33,743 nt of DNA from Fidelibacterota bacterium CG1_02_48_14 (GTDB lineage: Bacteria > Fidelibacterota > UBA8477): NCBI GenBank assembly GCA_001872685.1, contig MNWS01000226.1:1-33743 (forward strand). Reading direction: 5' to 3'. This document shows, piece by piece, positions 18,668-27,800 of the stretch (the stretch's first letter is position 1; every line of letters starts with the position of its first letter). The notes under the pieces were generated by a model. That model was not told where the DNA came from. It did no database searches and worked only from the letters and a program-made list of their open reading frames with translations. The position numbers and the translations under genes are program-made.

Positions 18668-18730
18668 AATGTCAAATGACGAATGTCAAAGCTCAAAGCT
18701 CCAAGCTCCAAGCTCCAAGCTCGAATAACG
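18668..18730. repeat. Degenerate heptamer tandem run (9 units)
   Basis: In-phase units AATGTCA AATGACG AATGTCA AAGCTCA AAGCTCC AAGCTCC AAGCTCC AAGCTCG AATAACG. Confidence 0.9.
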
Positions 18731-18735
18731 ATTTT

Positions 18736-19226
18736 CCCGCTCGCCCTTCGACGCCGCTCAGGGTGACGAGCGGTGAATGTCCAATGTCTAATGCCAATGT
18801 CAAAGCTCGAATACTAACCCACCCCCGGCGACTGCCGAGCCACCCCGCCTCCCTGGGGGATCCCTTCGGGGCAAGCGGGGGCTAAGACTACCAATGACGA
18901 ATGTCCAATGTCAAGGCTCAAGGCTCAAGGCTCCAAGCTCAAATATCCGATGAACCCGCTCGCCCTTCGACGCCGCTCAGGGTGACGAGCGGTGAATGTC
19001 CAATGTCTAATGCCAATGTCAAAGCTCGAATACTAACCCACCCCCGGCGACTGCCGAGCCACCCCGCCTCCCTGGGGGATCCCTTCGGGGCAAGCGGGGG
19101 CTAAGACTACCAATGACGAATGTCCAATGTCAAGGCTCAAGGCTCAAGGCTCCAAGCTCAAATATCCGATGAACCCGCTCGCCCTTCGACGCCGCTCAGG
19201 GTGACGAGCGGTGAATGTCCAATGTC
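18736..19226. repeat. 219-bp direct tandem repeat (~2.2 copies) of REP-like hairpins and heptamer linkers
   Basis: CCCGCTCGCCCTTCGACG starts at 18736, 18955 and 19174. Copies look identical by eye, and the third diverges after about 19226. Confidence 0.95.
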
Positions 19227-19287
19227 CAATGTCAAATGTCTAAGCACAAGGCTCCAAGCTCAATTATCGATGAACCCGCTCACCCGC

Positions 19288-22200
19288 TCACCAGACATCC
19301 GGCACGGTGTCAAGCACAATCCGGAGTTTACTGGCAAGCGCTTGCACGGTGAATGGTTTTTGGATGAAATTAACGCCGTCATCCAGCACCCCGCGATGCG
19401 CAATGACATTAGCAGGATAGCCTGACATGAAAACGACTTTGATGCGCGGGTACAACTCCTGAACGCTGGTGGAAAACTCACGACCATTCATCTCAGGCAT
19501 CACCACATCTGTCAGTAGCAGATCAATTTTGTGCTGTTTCTCAGTTTCCAATAGCGACAACGCGTCCCGGGGTCTTCCCACTGCAATAACCCGATATCCC
19601 AGACTCGTCAGGATCGCCTTGGTCATTTCAAGAACTTCCCGCTCATCTTCTACAATCAGGATCGTCTCACCCTGGCTGCTACGAACTGTCCCGGAGTCCT
19701 GCAACATCTGTTTAGCGGTCAATCCCTTGAATCGAGGTAAATAAATGGTGAATGTGGTTCCAAAACCGGGTTCGCTGTCCACGGTGATAAAGCCATCGTT
19801 TTGTTTCACTATTCCGTAAACTGTCGCCAGGCCTAACCCTGTTCCCTTACCAACTTCCTTGGTCGTGAAAAATGGTTCAAAAATTTGTTCGGCAGTCGCC
19901 GTATCCATGCCAATACCATTATCACTGACGGAAATGGAGACATAATCACCCGGGCTTGAGCCTGGGTGTTCAGCACAAAATGACTCGTCAGAGACAATGT
20001 TACGGGTAGAAATTTTGATCTGACCCACACCGGAAATGGCATCCCGGGCGTTCACACATAGGTTGGTCAAAATTTGGTCTATCTGTGATGGATCAATTTT
20101 TACCGACCAAATCTCTTCACCGGGATTCCACTCCAGATCAATTTCTTCATTGATCAGCCGGTGTAACATTTCCACCGATTGTTCAATGGCATAGTTCAGT
20201 TCCAGTGACTGTGGGTGAATGGCTTGTTGCCGGGCAAAGGTCAAAAGTTGCCGGGTAATCTCAGCCGAGCGGTAGGTTGCCCGGAGGATGCCCTTTAAAT
20301 CGGCTTCCACTGTTTGTTTCTGTTCCAACCTTTCAAGCGCCATTTCGGCGTGTCCGCTGATGACGCTTAACATGTTGTTATAGTCATGAGCAACACCGCC
20401 AGCCAACCGTCCCACCGCTTCCAACTTTTGTGACTGCGCCAATTGATCCTGGAGTTTATCATGCTCCGCCTCAGCCAGTTTGCGATCAGTGATGTCCTGA
20501 AAAGATCCAATCATGTGGGTACATCGCCCGGTAATACTAAATACCGGGGAGACACTAACCACGCCCGATTTCTGACCAACACGCAGGTTGAAATTTTCTT
20601 CCCAGGTCACGGTCTGTTTTTCCTCAATTGCGCGTTCAAGATTCGCACGGAATTGATTTAGAGAGGCTTGGGGAATGACATTTGCCAGCGTTTGGCCGAG
20701 GACTTCTTCAGAGTGCGCACCGGTCATTTTCAGGAATGCAGGATTGACGGATTCGAACCTGAACCTGGGACCGGCTTCCACCGTCAGAGAGAAAATTCCG
20801 TCTGCTACTGAGCTATAAATCAGATCGAGTTGCTGATTTTGTAGTTGTAATGCTGCTTCAGATTTTTTCCGGGCAGAAATATCCCGGACGATGACCTGCA
20901 CACCCACCTCCCTGTCGAGACTGATCGATGTTGTCGCGACTTCGGCGTCAAAAACCCGTCCCTTGCGTGAGATCATTTTTTCCTCAATGAGGGGGACTTG
21001 TCTTTTGTGTTTTGTAATATTTTCAACCCGTTCTCTCATAAGATGGTGGAAATCGGGATGGATAAGATCCATCACCGGCGTATTTATAAAATCCTTTAGA
21101 TCCGATACTTCAAACAATTTCAGCGCAGCGGCATTGGCATACTGAATGAATCCGTTGATCTGAATGTATAATGCGTCTGGTGATGCCTCTACCAGATTAC
21201 GGAATTTCTCTTCACTCTCCTCTATACGCCGCGCAGCATTCACCTGGGTCGTAATATCGGAAATGACATGTACCGCCCCCGTCAATTCGCCGTCATCACT
21301 CCAAATCGGATCGGCAACAACTCTGAATATCCGGTCGTTCATCTCCATCTCTATGCTTTCGCGTTGATTTGACGCTTGCATTTCTATAAATGGGCAATAA
21401 GAAAGTGGTTCGTCACAAGCATGCACGATATGGTAGCAATAATGAAAATTGATCTCTTGATCGGTTTTGTTAAACAGCTTTTTGAACGCCTCGTTGCTTT
21501 GCTGGATTTTCTGGTCGCTGTCCAGTAAAGCAATGGCATCATCACTGGCATCAAAAGTTTTTGACCAATTATTAGCGAAATTACGAATCCGCGAATCAGC
21601 TCGTTTTTGCGCAATGATGTTCCAGGTGATGTCCCCCAGATAACCAATACTCTCTAAATCGTCCTCCGAATATTCAGTCTCACGATTCCCGATTCCAAAC
21701 ACAGCCACCACATGATCGTTGCGAATAATGGGGATCACCATTTCACGAGTTAACTCGGCGTGTCCTTCGGGCAACCCTTTCTTATTCGGCAGCGATGCAT
21801 AATCATTGTGAATAATGGGTCGTTTTTGTCGGATACTATCCGCCCAAATGCCTGCTGAGGATACGGGATAGTGAATTTGTTCGCCTTCGGCGTGACAATA
21901 GATTGCGCGAGTCTGGGTAGACCACTGTTGCAGCAGAATGGTTTCCTGATCCTCCTCCACAAAATGGTAAAAGCCGATGGGGCTGTCCGTATAGGCGCAC
22001 ATTTCATCCAATGTTTTTACCAATAATTCATCAATGGTGTGTGTGGTGGCGTAATCGTGAAGTAAAACGCGCAGTTGCAGCAACAAATGGGAACGTTGAT
22101 CCTCCGTCCGATCCCGGAAGGAAAGCACCGCACCAATAATTTTACCCGAATTATCAAAAATTGGTGCTGCATTGTCGGTAATGGGAATTTCCCGGCCATC

Positions 22201-23589
22201 GCGAGTCAGGAGTAAAGGATATTCAACGGCAGTGACAGGTTTTTTGTCATCCAGCGCCAGGAGTACAGGATGAGGTGGCGACTCACGTGTGTCCCGGTTA
22301 ATGATTTTGTACACCTCCGTGACTGACTTACCCAGGGCATCCGGTCCTTTCCAGCCCGTAAGCACCTCTGCAGCCGGGTTCATAAATTCAATGAACCCTT
22401 TCGTATCGGTGGAAATCACCCCATCACCAATGGCGTGCATCATCACACTATGGCGTTCTGATTCGGTGCTGTAGGCTAGTTCCGACTCGTAGAGATTTTG
22501 GAAGTGTTTTTTCAGCTTTATTTGCCAGAGCATGAATCCGCCAACGACACCCAACCCAAACAACACCGCAATCAAAACCAGGATAAATCCGGAATGTTTA
22601 TGCCAGTGTGCATAAATTTCGTCCGAATCGATTTTGGAAATCAGGAGCATTTCGGAATTTGGAACCGGTAGGATATAGGCTGTGGTAAGGACATTTCGAT
22701 AATCAAGACCCGTTACAATTCCCCTCTGACCATTGATGGCTTTAACAGCGACGTGTTCTGATTTGGCAACATCCATTTTAAAAGTAAGTGCTGTCTTGGG
22801 ACGGTGTCGCAAATCATTCAGATATTCCGCTTTTTGGCTGGATTTCCGTATGAGCAGCGTTTCGGCAGATTTGCTGGATGTTGGCCAGGATTGGATCAGT
22901 GGATAGAGAAATTGCTCAGGATTCAGGACAATAACCAGTGCGCCCATGAGATTAGAATCTGTGTCAATGTCTTGATACACCGGCGCAACAACACCCAACT
23001 CGGGTGAAAGCGTATCCATATCCTGTAAATGCAGCGTGATAATTTCCGGTCGGTGATTTTGCAGTACTGCATGGAAAGCGGTGCGGAAGGCATTGTCGTT
23101 CTCCGTGTGACCATTCAAACTGAGAAGTTGCTCTCCAACGGAAGACATCAATACGACATCAATGGATTCATTTTGTCTGACGATACTCTTGAAATGGAGT
23201 AGCAGATCGCCACGGTTGGCGGCAGAAGGATCGCCCATATATCGCAACAAGCTCTGTCTTAATGGCGAATCAGCGGCGTAATCGGTCGCGTCTTCCATCT
23301 GATCTTCAATCCAAAGCGAAATTTGGCTGACTTTAATCTGGGCGATGGATGCCAGTTCATCTTCTGCATTTTTTTGCATCATCCTGGCTTGTGCGTGGTA
23401 AAAAGCGAACCCGCCCGTTACAATTCCCGCCAGAATGAGCAGGAATATCGTGCGCAGCCATCCCGGAAAGACCTGCCTTTGGATTTGATTGATTCTGGAA
23501 ATGGTTACCGTCAAACTTTCCCCCCGGGGTCGGGCGATCTTCAAACCCGCCTGAATGAACCTGATGCGGCGACTTGAATCTAAGACCAA
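19288..23589 (-). CDS. Membrane-bound hybrid sensor histidine kinase (Cache-like, PAS, GAF, PAS x3, HisKA, HATPase, REC)
   Basis: Two TMs around an extracytoplasmic domain. PAS ends [83 protein letters not shown]. The true start may be TTG at 23514, after GGGGGA. Confidence 0.95.
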   Translation of the reverse strand: MVLDSSRRIRFIQAGLKIARPRGESLTVTISRINQIQRQVFPGWLRTIFLLILAGIVTGGFAFYHAQARMMQKNAEDELASIAQIKVSQISLWIEDQMEDATDYAADSPLRQSLLRYMGDPSAANRGDLLLHFKSIVRQNESIDVVLMSSVGEQLLSLNGHTENDNAFRTAFHAVLQNHRPEIITLHLQDMDTLSPELGVVAPVYQDIDTDSNLMGALVIVLNPEQFLYPLIQSWPTSSKSAETLLIRKSSQKAEYLNDLRHRPKTALTFKMDVAKSEHVAVKAINGQRGIVTGLDYRNVLTTAYILPVPNSEMLLISKIDSDEIYAHWHKHSGFILVLIAVLFGLGVVGGFMLWQIKLKKHFQNLYESELAYSTESERHSVMMHAIGDGVISTDTKGFIEFMNPAAEVLTGWKGPDALGKSVTEVYKIINRDTRESPPHPVLLALDDKKPVTAVEYPLLLTRDGREIPITDNAAPIFDNSGKIIGAVLSFRDRTEDQRSHLLLQLRVLLHDYATTHTIDELLVKTLDEMCAYTDSPIGFYHFVEEDQETILLQQWSTQTRAIYCHAEGEQIHYPVSSAGIWADSIRQKRPIIHNDYASLPNKKGLPEGHAELTREMVIPIIRNDHVVAVFGIGNRETEYSEDDLESIGYLGDITWNIIAQKRADSRIRNFANNWSKTFDASDDAIALLDSDQKIQQSNEAFKKLFNKTDQEINFHYCYHIVHACDEPLSYCPFIEMQASNQRESIEMEMNDRIFRVVADPIWSDDGELTGAVHVISDITTQVNAARRIEESEEKFRNLVEASPDALYIQINGFIQYANAAALKLFEVSDLKDFINTPVMDLIHPDFHHLMRERVENITKHKRQVPLIEEKMISRKGRVFDAEVATTSISLDREVGVQVIVRDISARKKSEAALQLQNQQLDLIYSSVADGIFSLTVEAGPRFRFESVNPAFLKMTGAHSEEVLGQTLANVIPQASLNQFRANLERAIEEKQTVTWEENFNLRVGQKSGVVSVSPVFSITGRCTHMIGSFQDITDRKLAEAEHDKLQDQLAQSQKLEAVGRLAGGVAHDYNNMLSVISGHAEMALERLEQKQTVEADLKGILRATYRSAEITRQLLTFARQQAIHPQSLELNYAIEQSVEMLHRLINEEIDLEWNPGEEIWSVKIDPSQIDQILTNLCVNARDAISGVGQIKISTRNIVSDESFCAEHPGSSPGDYVSISVSDNGIGMDTATAEQIFEPFFTTKEVGKGTGLGLATVYGIVKQNDGFITVDSEPGFGTTFTIYLPRFKGLTAKQMLQDSGTVRSSQGETILIVEDEREVLEMTKAILTSLGYRVIAVGRPRDALSLLETEKQHKIDLLLTDVVMPEMNGREFSTSVQELYPRIKVVFMSGYPANVIAHRGVLDDGVNFIQKPFTVQALASKLRIVLDTVPDVW

Positions 23590-23817
23590 TGCCGGATCAT
23601 CACATAAAGGTCGCCTTCTGAATTATCCATTCCGGTGGTGGATTAAGTTATGAATCCGCAAAAACAATCCTATCAAATTTCCTTAATGTGGAATCCGCAA
23701 CGGTATCGTGACCCTTTCAGGGCACCATTTTTTAACGGGAAATCGTGACAAATGGACCAATTAACCGAATCAAGACTATTAATGTTTCAATAGTTGGTTA
23801 ATAGATTACCTTTGCCG

Positions 23818-24174
23818 ATGAATATGCCAGACAAACTCAATATTTTGAATGAGTCGATCCGCGCGTTTATTGAGGAGCGGGATTGGGAACAATTCCATTC
23901 ACCCAAAAATTTGGCCATGGCACTGAGTGTGGAGGCTGGTGAGTTACAGGAACATTTTCTGTGGCTGACACAGGCTGAGAGTCGAGAATTGACACCGGGT
24001 AACCTTTCTGAAGTCGAAGATGAAATTGGCGATGTCATGGTATATTTATTGCGGTTGTGCGATGTATTGGGAGTTGATCCCATTCGGGCGGCAACCCAAA
24101 AAATGGTGAAAAACGGAGTGAAATACCCAGTTGAGAAGTCTCGTGGAAACGCCAAAAAATACACCGATTTGTGA
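23818..24174 (+). CDS. MazG-like nucleotide pyrophosphohydrolase (dCTPase-like)
   Basis: ERDWEQFHSPKNLAMALSVEAGELQE, EDEIGDV, KYPVEKSRG. ATG 23818 or 23824 is preferred to 23794. Confidence 0.92.
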   Translation: MNMPDKLNILNESIRAFIEERDWEQFHSPKNLAMALSVEAGELQEHFLWLTQAESRELTPGNLSEVEDEIGDVMVYLLRLCDVLGVDPIRAATQKMVKNGVKYPVEKSRGNAKKYTDL

Positions 24175-24291
24175 CGACAGAATCGCTTCGACTTCGCCGG
24201 ATTTGACTGGAATTTTTCGACATACTATTGATTTTAATTCCATATATTTATTTGAGTTGTGGGGTAGGAACATAACGGGAGCACCTGAAAG

Positions 24292-24696
24292 ATGAATCAA
24301 ACAGAAAAAACGTTTGCAGATTATAAAGGGACTGAAAATGTTCTGGTTGTGGAGGACGAAGAGATGACCAGAAATATGGTAACAGAGATATTGGAAGGAT
24401 TGGGCTACACAGTTCTGAATGCTCCGAATGCCGAGACTGCCATCGAAATTTCTGACGATTTTGAGGACGATATTCACCTCCTGCTCTCGGATGTCATCAT
24501 GCCACTCATGAATGGTAAACAATTGTCTAATCAACTAGCCATGTCCCGCCCCACCATGAAAGTGCTGTTTATGTCCGGCTATACCGACAACATGCTGGCG
24601 CCTTACGGCATTCTCGAGGAAAATATTCACTTCCTGCAAAAGCCATTTTCTGTCAAGATTCTGACCCAAAAAGTACGCGAGACGCTTGATAGCTAG
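24292..24696 (+). CDS. Single-domain response regulator (REC only)
   Basis: VLVVEDE, LLLSDVIMP, FMSGY, LQKPF. GGGAG RBS upstream. Confidence 0.92.
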   Translation: MNQTEKTFADYKGTENVLVVEDEEMTRNMVTEILEGLGYTVLNAPNAETAIEISDDFEDDIHLLLSDVIMPLMNGKQLSNQLAMSRPTMKVLFMSGYTDNMLAPYGILEENIHFLQKPFSVKILTQKVRETLDS

Positions 24697-24879
24697 ATCA
24701 TAACTGAATTCGCCATCCCAGCCATTTACCTGACTCTGTTCATTATTCTCCTCTGATGAGGCTCGGTTTTCATATCGCTCCGGTTTCTGTAATTATTCGC
24801 TGCAATCCCAAAGAACCCATCTAAATTCCCCACCGCTATGCAAAGAAAGACAGTTTCTAACAGGACAAGGTAAACTCAC

Positions 24880-27800
24880 ATGGCTCATGCGAATAAATTT
24901 GGCACTTTCAGCGGCGTTTTCACACCCGCGATCCTGACAATTCTGGGCGTCATCATGTACATGCGTCTGCCGTCAATCGTGGGTCAGGTTGGTCTGATTG
25001 CCACCCTGGGTATTATCCTCTTGGCGCACGTCATTTCGGTGACAACCGGACTCAGCGTCTCCTCTATTGCAACGGATAAAAAGGTGAAAGCCGGCGGCAC
25101 CTATTACATGATTTCCCGGAGTTTGGGATTGCCCATTGGTGGTACGCTTGGTTTAGCGCTCTTCGTCGGTCTCTCCTTCAGTGTCAGTTTGTACATCATC
25201 GGATTTTCTGAAAGCTTCATCAATTTTTGGGGTTGGAGCATCAATAAGAATACGATTCGACTGGTGGGTTCCGGTGTTTTGGTTCTGGTCACGACCGTAA
25301 CCTTTATCAGTACCGCTCTGGCGATCAAAACCCAGTATTTCATCATGGCTGCAATTGTTCTGTCATTGGCATCGATATTTCTGGGGTCACACGGAACCAC
25401 ATCAGTGCCGCACATTGCCCTGCCAACGACCGCGGTACCACTTGTGGTTCTTTTCGCGATTTACTTTCCGGCGGTCACCGGTTTTGAAGCCGGTGTTTCC
25501 ATGTCCGGTGATCTGAAAGATCCGAAACGCTCAATCCCAATCGGCACGATCACCGCTATTTCGGTTGGGCTGGTTGTCTATGTTACCATGGCAATCTTTT
25601 TTGCTTACCGTGTAGACCCGGACGAGTTGGTAAACAATCCAAACGTGTTGTTGGAGATTTCACTTTTTCCCCCACTGGTTCTGGCGGGCATTTGGGGCGC
25701 TACGATTTCATCGGCATTGGGAAGTATTCTGGGGGCACCGCGCATTCTCCAGGCGATTTCAGCCGATCGCATTACACCCCGGATTTTTGCCACCGGTGTT
25801 GGGAAGGAAAACGAACCCCGGAACGCACTGCTCCTGACTTTCATGATCGCTGAAGTCGGAATCTTAATCGGAGAATTGGATGTTATCGCCCGGGTTGTGA
25901 CCATGTTTTTCATCATGACCTATGGATTTTTGAATACCAGTTGCGCGATTGAAAGCTGGGCTAGTCCTGATTTCCGGCCCGATTTTAAAATCCCAAAAAC
26001 GGTGAGCATTATTGGCGCATTAGCAGCGTTTTTGGTGATGATTCAATTGGACTTTGTGGCCATGATCGGCGCAACATTGATTCTGGGAGCGCTCTTTTTT
26101 TACCTCAAACGCCGTGAATTGACGCTGGAATCCGGTGATACCTGGGAGGGTGTCTGGTCATCACTCGTACGAACTGCACTGCACCGCTTGAGCAAAGGTG
26201 AGGTTCATCAGCGTAACTGGCGACCCAATCTGATCTTATTCAGTGGCGGTAAAGGAGCTCGACCACATCTGGTTGAATTGGGACGGTGGTTGGTCGCCCG
26301 GCGTGGCATATTGTCCGATTTTCAGCTCATCGAAAATCCCAAAGTTTCGAGTCTGGTGATCCGGAACCGTAAGGAAATTGAGCTCGCAAATGCCGCGATT
26401 CCGGAAGAGGAGAATTTTACGGGTCGCTTCGTCCGCCGGGCTGAAACGAACGACATCTATGCCACGATGCAGGAAATCGTCAAATTCTATGGTTTTGCCG
26501 GGGTGGAGCCGAATTCTGTTTTATTGGGCTGGGGGCGGAATAGTCGTGAACCAAAAAAGTTCGTGGACGTTTTGGCGACCTTGCAACAGATGGATTATAA
26601 TGTTTTACTGCTGGATCATGATGATGTACGCGGCTTCGGTGACCACGCCAGCGTTGACATCTGGTGGCGGGGTGGCGGAAATAATATTAGTCTGGCGTTA
26701 GCGCTCATTCGTTTTCTGGCTTCAAGTGACGATTGGCGGGAAGCCAACATCCGACTTCTCATCGTGAATGATGATGAAAGTGCGTTGCGGGAAACCATTC
26801 TCAAACATGCCAACAACATTTTGGAAGAGTACCGCCTGGACGCCGATGTCAAAGTCATCAATAATGCCATTGAGCAGAAAAATTTCCAGGAAATTATTCG
26901 GGTTGAGTCGGCCCATTCAGATTTTACAATCATCGGAATCCCACCGCTGAACACTCGGGATCCACTGAGTTATGTGGATTTCGTGAATCAGATCGCCAAC
27001 GACCTGGGATCGGTTCTCTTGATCCATGCCTCGTCATTTTTTGAAGAATTGTATGTGGGCATTAATCAGGAAAGTACCGCCGCGCCGGATGAAATCAACA
27101 TTCTGGCGATGGAATCGTCCAACCTGCCGGTGGTTGTTCCGCCCCGGGCTGAGTTGACAGCCAGCGCCATTGAACGGCTCACCGCGGCTCTGGACCAAAT
27201 GAACATCAGGTTGACCGATCAGCATCTGTACAAGGTCATTTCACAACAACTGGCTTTGATCGGGCAATTCCAGGATTTAACTGAACGAAGTTTTGATGCC
27301 TTAGAGCGCAATTTCACCAAAGATGCCAGGCTTCGTAATCGTCGGGCTTTGCTCCGGGTAAACAGCGATTTTCTTTTCCAGGCTCAACGGCTGCTCACCG
27401 AATTCCGTCAGACGGATTTGCCGCTTCAGAAAGCAGCTTTGACGGATGGTGTCGAACATCACCGCAGCCAGATAAAAGAGCTGATTGCAGCCCAGCCCGG
27501 ATCCATCACCCTTGCCTTTACCCGAAGTGAGTACAGGAGCGCAAAGGAAAGCGGTTACCTGATGCGGCAGTATCAATTCTGGAAAAGATTCAGCGCTAAA
27601 CTTTCACGCAAAAATGTCATTTCTCACCAGGTAAAATTCCGGGAATTGGTTGCCGGGCAACTCGCCAACAAATACGATCCGATGTTGTTGAGCGTCCTTG
27701 AGCGATTCGGCATTTACAGCTATCAAACCGTTGCCGACCTCCAAAAGGCGATCAGTTTAGTCCGGGAAAGCTTTGGCATATTGGAAAATCGCATTCTTGC

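Noticed and set aside
18736-19226. CRISPR array (37-nt palindromic repeat x3)
   Set aside because: The intervening sequences are 182 nt and identical to each other rather than unique 30-40 nt spacers, and there are no cas genes in the window.
18676-19425. Three near-identical short ORFs (18676, 18901, 19120) as repeated peptides
   Set aside because: They are translations of the heptamer and hairpin DNA repeat, with no RBS. The structure is better explained at the nucleotide level.
23818-24174. MazG-like and NDT-like genes as an anti-phage nucleotide-depletion system
   Set aside because: The two genes are about 16 kb apart in housekeeping contexts with no defence or mobile genes nearby. House-cleaning roles suffice.
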